A stretch of 64,000 nucleotides of DNA from Patescibacteria group bacterium (GTDB lineage Bacteria > Patescibacteriota > Patescibacteriia > Patescibacteriales > UBA12465): positions 753,489 through 817,488 of the forward strand of contig JBAZJK010000001.1 in NCBI GenBank assembly GCA_041651355.1, read 5' to 3'. Positions within the stretch are counted from its first letter, which is position 1. Every line of letters starts with the position of its first letter. This document shows positions 9,167 through 16,994 of the stretch, piece after piece. The position numbers were made by a program, and so were the translations under genes. The notes under the pieces are model-generated. The model had not been told where the DNA came from. It was given only the letters and a program-made list of their open reading frames with translations, and did not search any database.

Positions 9167-11065
9167 ATGGTCAAGAAAACTAAACACGTTGTAATATTCT
9201 CCCTGCTGGCCGTGCTTATAATAGCGATGGCGACCGGGAGCATTTTTTTATACCAATCTTGGCGAAATCAACAAGGCAAAATATACCCAAAGCTCTATCT
9301 GGGCTCATACCAATTAGGTGGCCTAAGCCAAGACGAGGCTTTACGCTTAATCAGTGAAAAAAGTGCGGAATTAAGCAAACAAGGTTTAAATTTCTCATAC
9401 AATAACAAAAAATTAAATGTTGGACCAATCGTCTCAGCCGGATCAGATGCTTACGCTATTAATGTTTTTACGCTCGACCCAGAAAAAAACCTACAACTGG
9501 TCCTAGACTACCAGGGTCAGGGTTTCTTAGCCTATCTCCGCTACCGCTGGCAAATCCTCTTTAAAAACCCTCAACTCCAATTCAGCTACGATTTAGACCG
9601 GGAGGAACTAACAAAAATATTAAACGAAGCCTTCCATGACCAGGAGATCCCAGCTGTCAACGCTGGTTTCAAGCTAGCCTCTGAAAAAGATTTAAACTTT
9701 CAACTAGAAGCCGAGAAGGCCGGAAAAATAATAGACTACGAAGCTGCTTTAAATGAAGTGGAAAATAACCTGGCTCGGCTGAATCAGCAAACTATCTTCT
9801 TGAAAACCAAGACCGAATATCCGGAAGTCTATCAGAAAGACTTGCCCGCCCTAGAGGCTGACGCGCGGGCAATTTTGAGCCAAGGTGAAATAACTTTGAA
9901 TTTTAAAGATAAAAAATGGCTCGTCAACTTAACCAGGATAGCCTCCTGGCTTAAGACAGAAAAAAAAGACTCCTCCCTATCCCTTGGTCTGGACCAAGAA
10001 AAAATACAGGAATTTTTAAAAGACAAAATAGCTCCAGAGATAGACAAGGAAGCGGCCTTGCCTCGTTTTTCTATGATCAACTCTCGCCTCGCTAATTGGC
10101 AGCTCGGAGAAGATGGGCAAAAATTAAACTTGGAATCAAGCAGCCAAAAAATACAAAAAGAATTTATCGAAGACAAGAAAAACAGCATCGAACTGGAAGT
10201 CGACGTAGTAAAAACTGATAATTCTAACCCGGAAAACAATCTCAATATCAAAGAAATAATCGGCACCGGCCATTCAAACTTCTCCGGTTCACCAGCTAAT
10301 CGCCGCCATAATATCAAAGTCGGGGCCGATACGCTTAACGGCCTACTGATAAAACCAGGAGAAGAATTCTCCTTAGTCAAAACCCTGGGGGATGTTGAAG
10401 AAGGGTCTGGCTATTTGCCGGAATTAGTGATTAAAAACAATAAGACGGTGCCCGAATATGGCGGGGGTCTCTGCCAGATCGGCACGACCGTCTTCCGTGC
10501 CGCCATGCAAAGTGGTCTGCCGATTACCGAGAGGCGCAATCATTCATACCGAGTTAGCTACTACGAGCCGGCCGGGATGGATGCCGCGATTTATATTCCT
10601 AAACCAGACGTTCGTTTCCTCAACGATACCGGCAACTATATCCTGATACAAGCCCGCATCGAAAAAAGTGATCTTTATTTCGATTTCTGGGGAGTTAGCG
10701 ATGGACGTCAGGTGGAAATCAGTAAACCAACCATATACAATATAGTAAAACCGGGGCCGACCAAGATCATCGAAACCACTGACCTTAAGCCTGGCGAAAA
10801 AAAATGTACAGAAAAAGCCCACAATGGAGCTGATGCTTTCTTTGATTATAAGGTTGTCTACGCGCAGGCAAATTCTAGTGAAGACGCAACAAAAAAAGTG
10901 CGCTTTAATTCGCACTATGTCCCTTGGCAGGAGGTCTGCTTAGTCGGAGTCAGTGCCAGCAGTACGGCTAGCAGCACGGCTTCCACCAGCCCCATTATAG
11001 CCACCAGCACTAATCCCGATATTGAATCAGCTACTAACACTGCTAGTAGCAGTCAAACAAACTAA
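9167..11065 (+). CDS. VanW-domain protein, membrane anchored, with a Ser/Thr-rich tail
   Basis: 632 aa. An N-terminal TM helix is followed by a VanW core (GEEFSLVKTLG..GGGLCQIGTTVFRAAMQSGLPITERRNHSYRVSYY). The C-terminus is low-complexity (SASSTASSTASTS..). Confidence 0.8.
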   Translation: MVKKTKHVVIFSLLAVLIIAMATGSIFLYQSWRNQQGKIYPKLYLGSYQLGGLSQDEALRLISEKSAELSKQGLNFSYNNKKLNVGPIVSAGSDAYAINVFTLDPEKNLQLVLDYQGQGFLAYLRYRWQILFKNPQLQFSYDLDREELTKILNEAFHDQEIPAVNAGFKLASEKDLNFQLEAEKAGKIIDYEAALNEVENNLARLNQQTIFLKTKTEYPEVYQKDLPALEADARAILSQGEITLNFKDKKWLVNLTRIASWLKTEKKDSSLSLGLDQEKIQEFLKDKIAPEIDKEAALPRFSMINSRLANWQLGEDGQKLNLESSSQKIQKEFIEDKKNSIELEVDVVKTDNSNPENNLNIKEIIGTGHSNFSGSPANRRHNIKVGADTLNGLLIKPGEEFSLVKTLGDVEEGSGYLPELVIKNNKTVPEYGGGLCQIGTTVFRAAMQSGLPITERRNHSYRVSYYEPAGMDAAIYIPKPDVRFLNDTGNYILIQARIEKSDLYFDFWGVSDGRQVEISKPTIYNIVKPGPTKIIETTDLKPGEKKCTEKAHNGADAFFDYKVVYAQANSSEDATKKVRFNSHYVPWQEVCLVGVSASSTASSTASTSPIIATSTNPDIESATNTASSSQTN

Positions 11066-11075
11066 TCCTATTATA

Positions 11076-11235
11076 CAAAAAGACCGACTTTAACGGGTAG
11101 GCAAGAAAATTTCTCCTAGGAATTCTCGAGCTCACTACAATCAATTAATATCATAATTGATTAAAGTAAGCCCAAAAAACCCTAGCAAGAAAATCCCCAT
11201 GCTTGTCGTGCCTGACCCGTTACAATCGGCCTTTT
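11076..11235. other. Intergenic element bounded by inverted repeats (candidate structured ncRNA or MITE-like element)
   Basis: AAAAAGACCGACTTTAACGGGTAGGCA (11076-11102) pairs imperfectly with TGCCTGACCCGTTACAATCGGCCTTTTT (11210-11235). An internal 9-bp hairpin AATCAATTA/TAATTGATT is present. GCAAGAAAAT is repeated at 11101 and 11185. Confidence 0.35.
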
Positions 11236-11317
11236 TCTTTTTGTAAATTAAATAACTAAGTACTATAGCATAGTAAAAATTATTTGTCAATAGTAAGTAA
11301 CGCCGACCCGAGCACCA

Positions 11318-12172
11318 TCAATCAAAAGATAATTTATCAATAACATATTTGCCATTATTAGCATAAATTTTAAGATCACCATCGAAGTCGGTTCTAAAAA
11401 CTTTAAATTTTAAACCAGCTAATCTCAGTAAAGTGCTGGTAGCTGGGTGCCCGAATTTATTATTCTCACCAACAGAAATAATCGCTACCGTAGCGCCGCT
11501 TGCCTTTAAAAATTCCGGGGTACTAGCAGTCTGAGAGCCATGATGAGATATTTTAAAGAAGCCCGCCGATAAATCCAACCCTGAATCAATCAAAGATCTT
11601 TCAACTTTCTTGCCCGCGTCGCCAGTGAATAGAACGGCTACGCCGGGGCACTCGAACTTAAAAACTAAAGATGAATCGTTAACATCGGAAATAATAAAAT
11701 CACTTTCAGATAAAGGGTATAAAAAATTTAGGGAACAGCCCGCTCGTAATCTGATTATCTGCCGGTGCGAAACTATATAAGTTCTCTGTCGGGAAAGTTG
11801 TGAAAATAATTGATCCGCCGCCGTATCAGAAAATAATGATGACCGCACGACATTCTTAACCTGATAACGCCGCCAGATTTCTATTAACCCGAATAAATGA
11901 TCGTCGTGCGGATGACTAAGGATCAGATAATCTATCTGTCTTTGCCAAAAAGACAAGACTAAACCCAGCTTCTTTAAAACTGATAAATCCGGGCCGCCAT
12001 CCACCACAATCAACTCCCCGCCTCGGCTTTTGATCAAAATAGCATCTCCTTGCCCGACTTGGAATATAAAAATCTCTGCCCCAGGCAGCTGCTTATCAAA
12101 CAAGAACAAAAAAAGAACGATGAAAATAAAAATAGCTATTAATGGCCAAAATAACTTATTTTGATCGCCCAT
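11318..12172 (-). CDS. ComEC/Rec2-related metallo-beta-lactamase domain protein
   Basis: 284 aa. An N-terminal TM helix is followed by an MBL fold (QVGQGDAILIKS..VVDGGPD, ILSHPHDDHLFGL, HHGS). It corresponds only to the C-terminal domain of full-length ComEC. Confidence 0.7.
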   Translation of the reverse strand: MGDQNKLFWPLIAIFIFIVLFLFLFDKQLPGAEIFIFQVGQGDAILIKSRGGELIVVDGGPDLSVLKKLGLVLSFWQRQIDYLILSHPHDDHLFGLIEIWRRYQVKNVVRSSLFSDTAADQLFSQLSRQRTYIVSHRQIIRLRAGCSLNFLYPLSESDFIISDVNDSSLVFKFECPGVAVLFTGDAGKKVERSLIDSGLDLSAGFFKISHHGSQTASTPEFLKASGATVAIISVGENNKFGHPATSTLLRLAGLKFKVFRTDFDGDLKIYANNGKYVIDKLSFD

Positions 12173-12263
12173 AAAGCATTTCGATAAAAAATAACCCGGA
12201 ATAAGGAGTAAACTAGGTAATAATATAGCAGACCCTGATAAAATCTAAATAAACTATTTACAA

Positions 12264-12300
12264 ATACAAAGGCCACCCCAGAACAGGGTGGCCTTTGTAT
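12264..12300 (-). terminator. Intrinsic terminator downstream of the Lys-rich small ORF
   Basis: Perfect 15-bp stem ATACAAAGGCCACCC/GGGTGGCCTTTGTAT with a 7-nt loop. On the minus strand the GC core is followed by UUUGUAUUUGU. Confidence 0.7.
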
Positions 12301-12364
12301 AATTTTTAAATTAATAAAACTTACTAATTTCTAAATTAATAAATTTTACAATTTGAAGCTATGC

Positions 12365-12481
12365 TTATTTTTTCTTTTTAGCTGGTTTCTTCTTAGCAAC
12401 CTTCTTCACAGCTTTTTTTACAGGTTTCTTCTTAGCAACCTTCTTCACAGCTTTTTTAGTAGCTTTTTTCTTAGTAGCCAT
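12365..12481 (-). CDS. Lysine-rich histone-H1-like small basic protein (38 aa, below the ORF-track cutoff)
   Basis: Reverse-strand ATG at 12481 and TAA at 12367-12365. Translation: MATKKKATKKAVKKVAKKKPVKKAVKKVAKKKPAKKKK. GGAGGTG Shine-Dalgarno (12489-12495) lies 7 nt upstream. The ORF has its own promoter and terminator. Confidence 0.6.
   Translation of the reverse strand: MATKKKATKKAVKKVAKKKPVKKAVKKVAKKKPAKKKK
12384..12457. repeat. 39-bp tandem duplication inside the Lys-rich ORF
   Basis: GGTTTCTTCTTAGCAACCTTCTTCACAGCTTTTTT occurs at 12384 and 12423 and encodes two KKAVKKVAKKKP units. Confidence 0.9.
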
Positions 12482-12578
12482 AATTATTCACCTCCTTTCA
12501 TGAGAATAATTGATCTAAAAATTTATTTTTTTAAAAATAAATTTATCGTTCTTTCTAAAATTTTATATCTCTAAGTTA

Positions 12579-12607
12579 ATTATACTCTTTTATTTTTTTT
12601 ATGGCAA
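12579..12607 (-). promoter_or_regulatory. Sigma70-type promoter for the Lys-rich small ORF
   Basis: On the minus strand: TTGCCA (12607-12602), 17-nt spacer, TATAAT (12584-12579). Confidence 0.55.
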
Positions 12608-12618
12608 TAGTTTTAACT

Positions 12619-12651
12619 AAAAAAATCTCCCATCGCTGAGATAGGAGATTT
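12619..12651 (-). terminator. Intrinsic terminator of the argS-glyQS operon
   Basis: Stem AAATCTCC/GGAGATTT (8 bp). On the minus strand it is followed by a T7 run, just after the glyQS stop. Confidence 0.6.
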
Positions 12652-12674
12652 ATTTCTAAAAAAATTATCACCCA

Positions 12675-14087
12675 TTAAAATTTATCCGCTAAGAAATTTT
12701 TTAATTCAGAAATCTTGACTCGCGGTAATTCGGCGCCACTCCTCTTGTCACCCCTAGTTCTAATCGTGACGTCATTATTTTCCAGACTATCGAAATCGAC
12801 CGTGATACAAAAAGGCGTTCCGATTTCGTCTTGGCGACTATAGCGCTTACCGATGTTGCCATTATCGTCAAACTCACAATTATAGGCAAGCTTTAAAATA
12901 TTAAAGACCTCTTTGGCCTTGGCCACTAAATCCGGTTTATTCTTAAGCAAAGGAAAGACCGCTAACTTCACCGGGGCTAAATTATAGGGTAGATCTAAGC
13001 TAACCCTGACTTCGCCGTTTGTTTCTTCCTCGCGGTAAAATTCGCTTAAGACGGCCAAAAAAGTCCGACCCACGCCAACGGATGATTCGATGATATGGGG
13101 CAAATATCTTTCTTGGCTACCAGTATCTACATAACTTAAATCCTGACCGGAAGCTTGGGAGTGGACGCTAAGGTCATAGTTCCCGCGGGCATGGATGCCC
13201 TCTAATTCAGAAAAGCCGAAAGGAAAATTATACTCGATATCATACGCGGCCTTAGCGTAGAAAACTAGATTCTCATGCTTATGCCAACGTAAATTTTCCG
13301 GGTTCAAGCCTAAATCAAGATAATATTGCCAACGGGCGGAGCGCAACTTTTCATATTCTATCATCTCCTGGCTGGGATGGACGAAATACTGCATTTCCAT
13401 TTGCTCAAATTCCCGAGTACGAAAAATAAATTGACGGGCCGTGATTTCATTGCGAAAGGCTTTACCGATCTGAGCGATGCCGAAAGGAATCCTGACACGA
13501 GCAGAGTCTAAGACATTCTTATAATTAACATAAATGCCTTGGCAGGTTTCTCCCCGTAAATATACCGGCTCTTTCGTCCAATCGCTGGTAAAATTTCCTA
13601 GATTAGACTGGACCAATAAATTAAATTTTTTCAGATCGGTAAAATCACTTGATCCGCAAGCCGGACATTTTATCTTCTTAATATTTTTAACAAACAGCTT
13701 GCTGATTTCTACTTCGCTCATCTTTTCGTCAGCCTTGAGCCCAATTTCCTCCAAGGCATGATCGACGCGTAAACGCTGGTGGCATTTCTTGCACTCAACC
13801 AAGGGGTCAGAGAAGCCTTTGACGTGGCCGCTAGCTTCCCAGATGCGGGGACTCATGAAGATAGCCGAATCCAAACCGACTACATCTTCCCGCCACTGTA
13901 CCATGTTTTGCCACCAAATCCTCTTAATATTATTAGCTAATTCTACGCCATAAGGTCCGAGGTCATAAATAGCAGCCATGCCGCCATAGATTTCCGATGA
14001 GGGATAAACGAAGCCGCGCCGTTTGCATAAAGAAACTATTTTTTCCATCTTCTTGCTATCATTTTGTTTGAATTTAGCTGTTTTCAT
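12675..14087 (-). CDS. glyQS: Glycine--tRNA ligase (homodimeric class II type)
   Basis: 470 aa with CKRRGFVYPSSEIYGG, RGETCQGIYVNYK and FRNEITARQFIFRTREFEQMEMQYF motifs and a C-terminal anticodon-binding domain. An alternative start is M14 at 14048. Confidence 0.93.
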   Translation of the reverse strand: MKTAKFKQNDSKKMEKIVSLCKRRGFVYPSSEIYGGMAAIYDLGPYGVELANNIKRIWWQNMVQWREDVVGLDSAIFMSPRIWEASGHVKGFSDPLVECKKCHQRLRVDHALEEIGLKADEKMSEVEISKLFVKNIKKIKCPACGSSDFTDLKKFNLLVQSNLGNFTSDWTKEPVYLRGETCQGIYVNYKNVLDSARVRIPFGIAQIGKAFRNEITARQFIFRTREFEQMEMQYFVHPSQEMIEYEKLRSARWQYYLDLGLNPENLRWHKHENLVFYAKAAYDIEYNFPFGFSELEGIHARGNYDLSVHSQASGQDLSYVDTGSQERYLPHIIESSVGVGRTFLAVLSEFYREEETNGEVRVSLDLPYNLAPVKLAVFPLLKNKPDLVAKAKEVFNILKLAYNCEFDDNGNIGKRYSRQDEIGTPFCITVDFDSLENNDVTIRTRGDKRSGAELPRVKISELKNFLADKF

Positions 14088-14106
14088 AATTTTAAAATCT
14101 TGTAAA

Positions 14107-15813
14107 TTACATTTCCTCCAAAGTTTCGATGCCTAATAACTCTAGACCGTTACTCAAAATCTGCCCCAACGCTTGCAACAAACTTAGGCGCCAAGTTTTT
14201 TCTCGGCTCTCAGCCTGTAAGACATTAACTGATTGATAATAATCGTTGACCATTTGGGCTAAAGAAAAAAGATAATGAGCAATTTCCGAGGGATCACGTT
14301 TAGCGGCAGCTATTTCCCTGATCTCAGGATATTTAGCCATAGTCATCAACAAATTCTTTTCTTTTTCTAAAATTAAGCCCTCCAAATCAGCTGGGCAAGT
14401 TAAGCGTTTACGCCCAGACTTCCTAATAAGACTTTTAATACGAACCAAAGAATATTGCAAATAAACAGCGGTGTAGCCGTTGAGGCGCAAAGCTTCATTG
14501 ATATCAAAGGTAATAATCTTGTCAGCTGAAACTTTCAGCATCTCAAACTTGATTGTCCCCAGGGCTAGCTTTAAAGCGAGTTGGTCGATCTTCTTTTGGT
14601 TCCAATCAGAGTGCCTAGACTTAATTTCCATCTTGTTCTTTTCCCAAGCCTCCTGCTTTAATTCCTGATAAGTGATAACGTTGCCGGTCCGCGAAGCCAT
14701 CATGCCCCCAGGCAAGGTGACAAAATCATAAACTAAATGGCTACGTTTATTCTTGTCTCCCATTAGCTCCAATATCTTAAATAACTGTTTGAAATATAAG
14801 CTCTGACGCAAATCCACCACATAAATGGATTCAGCCAGCTTATATTTCTTGGCTTTAATCAAAGCTAAGGCTAAATCAGCCACCGGGTATAAAGCCGTGC
14901 CGTCAGATCGAATGATGGGCAAAACGCCTAAATCATAGGCTTGCAAATCGGCCACAATCGCTCCTTGGCTTTTAACCAAAATGCCTTTAGCTAATAAAGA
15001 CTCAACTATTTTTAGCCCCTGTCCTATTACTTCGCTTTCATAAAACGTTTCCTGGAATACGATTCCTAACTCTTTATAAATCTTGGCGAAATAAACCAGG
15101 CTCCAACGGCGGCTGGTCTGCCAGAGCTTGTACATCTTGCCCTGCCGTCCCTCAATCACTTTCATCACTTCCGCCACCTCGCTCTTAGCCTTTTCGTATT
15201 CAGAAATTTTCTGAGAAGCGGCGCTATAGCATTTGCCTAAGAGATAGCCCTTATCCAGACCTTTAGCTGAATCGCCGATGCGGCGCAGATAATCCTCCCA
15301 AAACCACAGAGTCTTGGCAACATGAATCCCGAAATCATTTATATAGGAAACCGGTACCACTCGATAACCGCTACTAGATAATAAACGAGAAGCCGACTCC
15401 CCGTAACAAATATTGCGCAGATGCCCCACATGATATTCCTTATGAGTATTGCCATTAGAATACTCTATCATCACTGTCTGTTTGCCGCCGATATGGCTCT
15501 GTCCGAACTTAGCGCCCTGCCGGCTGATATCTTTAATCAGGGAAGCGGCTAGATATTCTTCTTTGAGATAAAAATTAAGATAAGCCCCCTCTGCCCTGAT
15601 TTCTTTAATAACTTGCTTTAGCTCTGGATGCTGACTATATTGATCGGCTAAATCCTTGGCTACCAAGACCGGATTCCTTTCCAACTCCTTAGCTAAAATA
15701 AAACAAGGCAGGCTTAAATCACCTAAGTCCGCTTGGGGAGGATAAATAAAATCACCAGCCTCCCGGTCTAAAACCTTAGCGATCATTTTTCTTATCTGTT
15801 CTAAAACTGTCAT
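14107..15813 (-). CDS. argS: Arginine--tRNA ligase
   Basis: 568 aa with an N-terminal Arg-tRNA-synthetase add-on domain, a HIGH-type motif (HVGHLRN) and a C-terminal DALR anticodon-binding domain ending ..LGIETLEEM. Confidence 0.93.
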   Translation of the reverse strand: MTVLEQIRKMIAKVLDREAGDFIYPPQADLGDLSLPCFILAKELERNPVLVAKDLADQYSQHPELKQVIKEIRAEGAYLNFYLKEEYLAASLIKDISRQGAKFGQSHIGGKQTVMIEYSNGNTHKEYHVGHLRNICYGESASRLLSSSGYRVVPVSYINDFGIHVAKTLWFWEDYLRRIGDSAKGLDKGYLLGKCYSAASQKISEYEKAKSEVAEVMKVIEGRQGKMYKLWQTSRRWSLVYFAKIYKELGIVFQETFYESEVIGQGLKIVESLLAKGILVKSQGAIVADLQAYDLGVLPIIRSDGTALYPVADLALALIKAKKYKLAESIYVVDLRQSLYFKQLFKILELMGDKNKRSHLVYDFVTLPGGMMASRTGNVITYQELKQEAWEKNKMEIKSRHSDWNQKKIDQLALKLALGTIKFEMLKVSADKIITFDINEALRLNGYTAVYLQYSLVRIKSLIRKSGRKRLTCPADLEGLILEKEKNLLMTMAKYPEIREIAAAKRDPSEIAHYLFSLAQMVNDYYQSVNVLQAESREKTWRLSLLQALGQILSNGLELLGIETLEEM

Positions 15814-16003
15814 TTATTTAAATTTTCTTATTTATGGGTCGAACTGAAAAATACGGACAAAAACAAGAAAAACGGCATCTTTCCAAAAACAAAAAAATTT
15901 GGTAATTATTTAGATTTTATGATATAATATTAACAAACTTCTTTGGTTTTTTCAATAATATAAAAAAAATTAACAAGCTAAGAGTCTTAGCTATTTTAAA
16001 CTT

Positions 16004-16990
16004 ATGTTCTCTTATCGCGCTTTATTAAAACAAGCCTGTAAAATCAGCTGGCAGCACAAATATCTTTGGTTTTTCGGCCTATTTGCGGCCATGCTAAGCG
16101 CTGGCGGCGGCTGGCGACTACTAACCCAAAACATTCAAGCTAATTATCAGGGGGATTTCTGGTCTGGCCTGCTGGGTTTCCTTAATGTGAAATTCTTCTA
16201 TCAAAATGTCACCGTCGGATTAGCCAATATGTTCAAATACGACTGGATATTTGCCTTAGATAACATCCTGGGCCTTATTTTGATTGGCTTTATCGCCATC
16301 TTCTTCATCTGGCTAACTGTCGCCTGCCAAGGCGGCCTGATCAGCCATATCCAAAAAATTATCAACCACAAGAAAGGCTCTACGCCGGAATTAATGGTTA
16401 AAGACGGTTTGCATACCGGACACTTAAGCTTCTGGCCGCTATTCGGATTGAATATACTTTTCAAAGTCCTGATTAATTTTGCCTTCATCTTAATCAGCAT
16501 CCCCTTCTTATTCCTAACCTTGACTGACAACGGTTGGCTCGGAGCTTCTTATATCCTTTTATTCCTAATCTTCATCCCGGTGGCTATCGCCCTTAACCTC
16601 ATCGTTAGATATGCTATGGCTTATGCGGTTATCGAGAAAAATTCTTTCGTGGAGGCGGTTGAAAATGCCTGGCGCCTATTCAGCAAAAATTGGCTGATTA
16701 GCATGGAAATGCTAATTGCTCTGTTTATAATCAATTTCGTGGCTGGCGCTTTAATCTTATTATTTCTCACTATCTTCGTTCTGCCGCTTCTCATCGTTAG
16801 TGTCACCTTCGCCATGGGCTGGCTAACCGGCTTGATGATAGTTATCGGTTTGATCGTCCTCGCTCTAGCCGGATCTGTCTTAACTACTTTCGAGAATGCG
16901 GGCTGGGTCAGCCTTTTTGTCCGTCTAGAAGAAAAAGGCGGATTAGCAAAATTAGAAAGAATTTTCCAAAAAAAGAAAAACAAAAAATAA
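16004..16990 (+). CDS. Hypothetical polytopic membrane protein
   Basis: 328 aa with at least 6 predicted TM helices and a Lys-rich C-terminus. It lies 4 nt upstream of the fused PilB gene. The family is not recognised. Confidence 0.5.
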   Translation: MFSYRALLKQACKISWQHKYLWFFGLFAAMLSAGGGWRLLTQNIQANYQGDFWSGLLGFLNVKFFYQNVTVGLANMFKYDWIFALDNILGLILIGFIAIFFIWLTVACQGGLISHIQKIINHKKGSTPELMVKDGLHTGHLSFWPLFGLNILFKVLINFAFILISIPFLFLTLTDNGWLGASYILLFLIFIPVAIALNLIVRYAMAYAVIEKNSFVEAVENAWRLFSKNWLISMEMLIALFIINFVAGALILLFLTIFVLPLLIVSVTFAMGWLTGLMIVIGLIVLALAGSVLTTFENAGWVSLFVRLEEKGGLAKLERIFQKKKNKK

Positions 16991-16994
16991 AGCT

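Noticed and set aside
10930-11062. Ser/Thr-rich repeat (SASSTASSTASTS) at the VanW C-terminus as a possible independent feature
   Set aside because: It is in frame and continuous with the VanW ORF, so it is most simply a low-complexity linker or tail that may be glycosylated. It is not a separate element.
11115-11133. CCTAGGAATTCTCGAGCTC, which looks like a polylinker (AvrII/EcoRI/XhoI/SacI) and hence possible vector contamination
   Set aside because: I do not recognise it as any polylinker I can recall. The flanks are native-looking imperfect inverted repeats that continue into normal genes on both sides. It is kept as a curiosity within the inverted-repeat element finding rather than called contamination. 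Read-level inspection would settle the question.
12353-12574. 73-aa plus-strand ORF in the track (MKLCLFFLFSWFLLSNLLHSFF..)
   Set aside because: It is the low-complexity mirror image of the minus-strand Lys-rich ORF (AAG/AAA codons read as CTT/TTT). It starts at TTG and has no ribosome-binding site. The minus-strand frame has a Shine-Dalgarno sequence, a promoter and a terminator.
15814-16003. T-box or other riboswitch leaders upstream of the aaRS operons (argS-glyQS, valS-pheST)
   Set aside because: No T-box consensus (the AAxxGGGTGGTACCGCG type) or specifier-loop architecture is visible. The valS upstream region is only about 100 nt and glyQS is directly coupled to argS.
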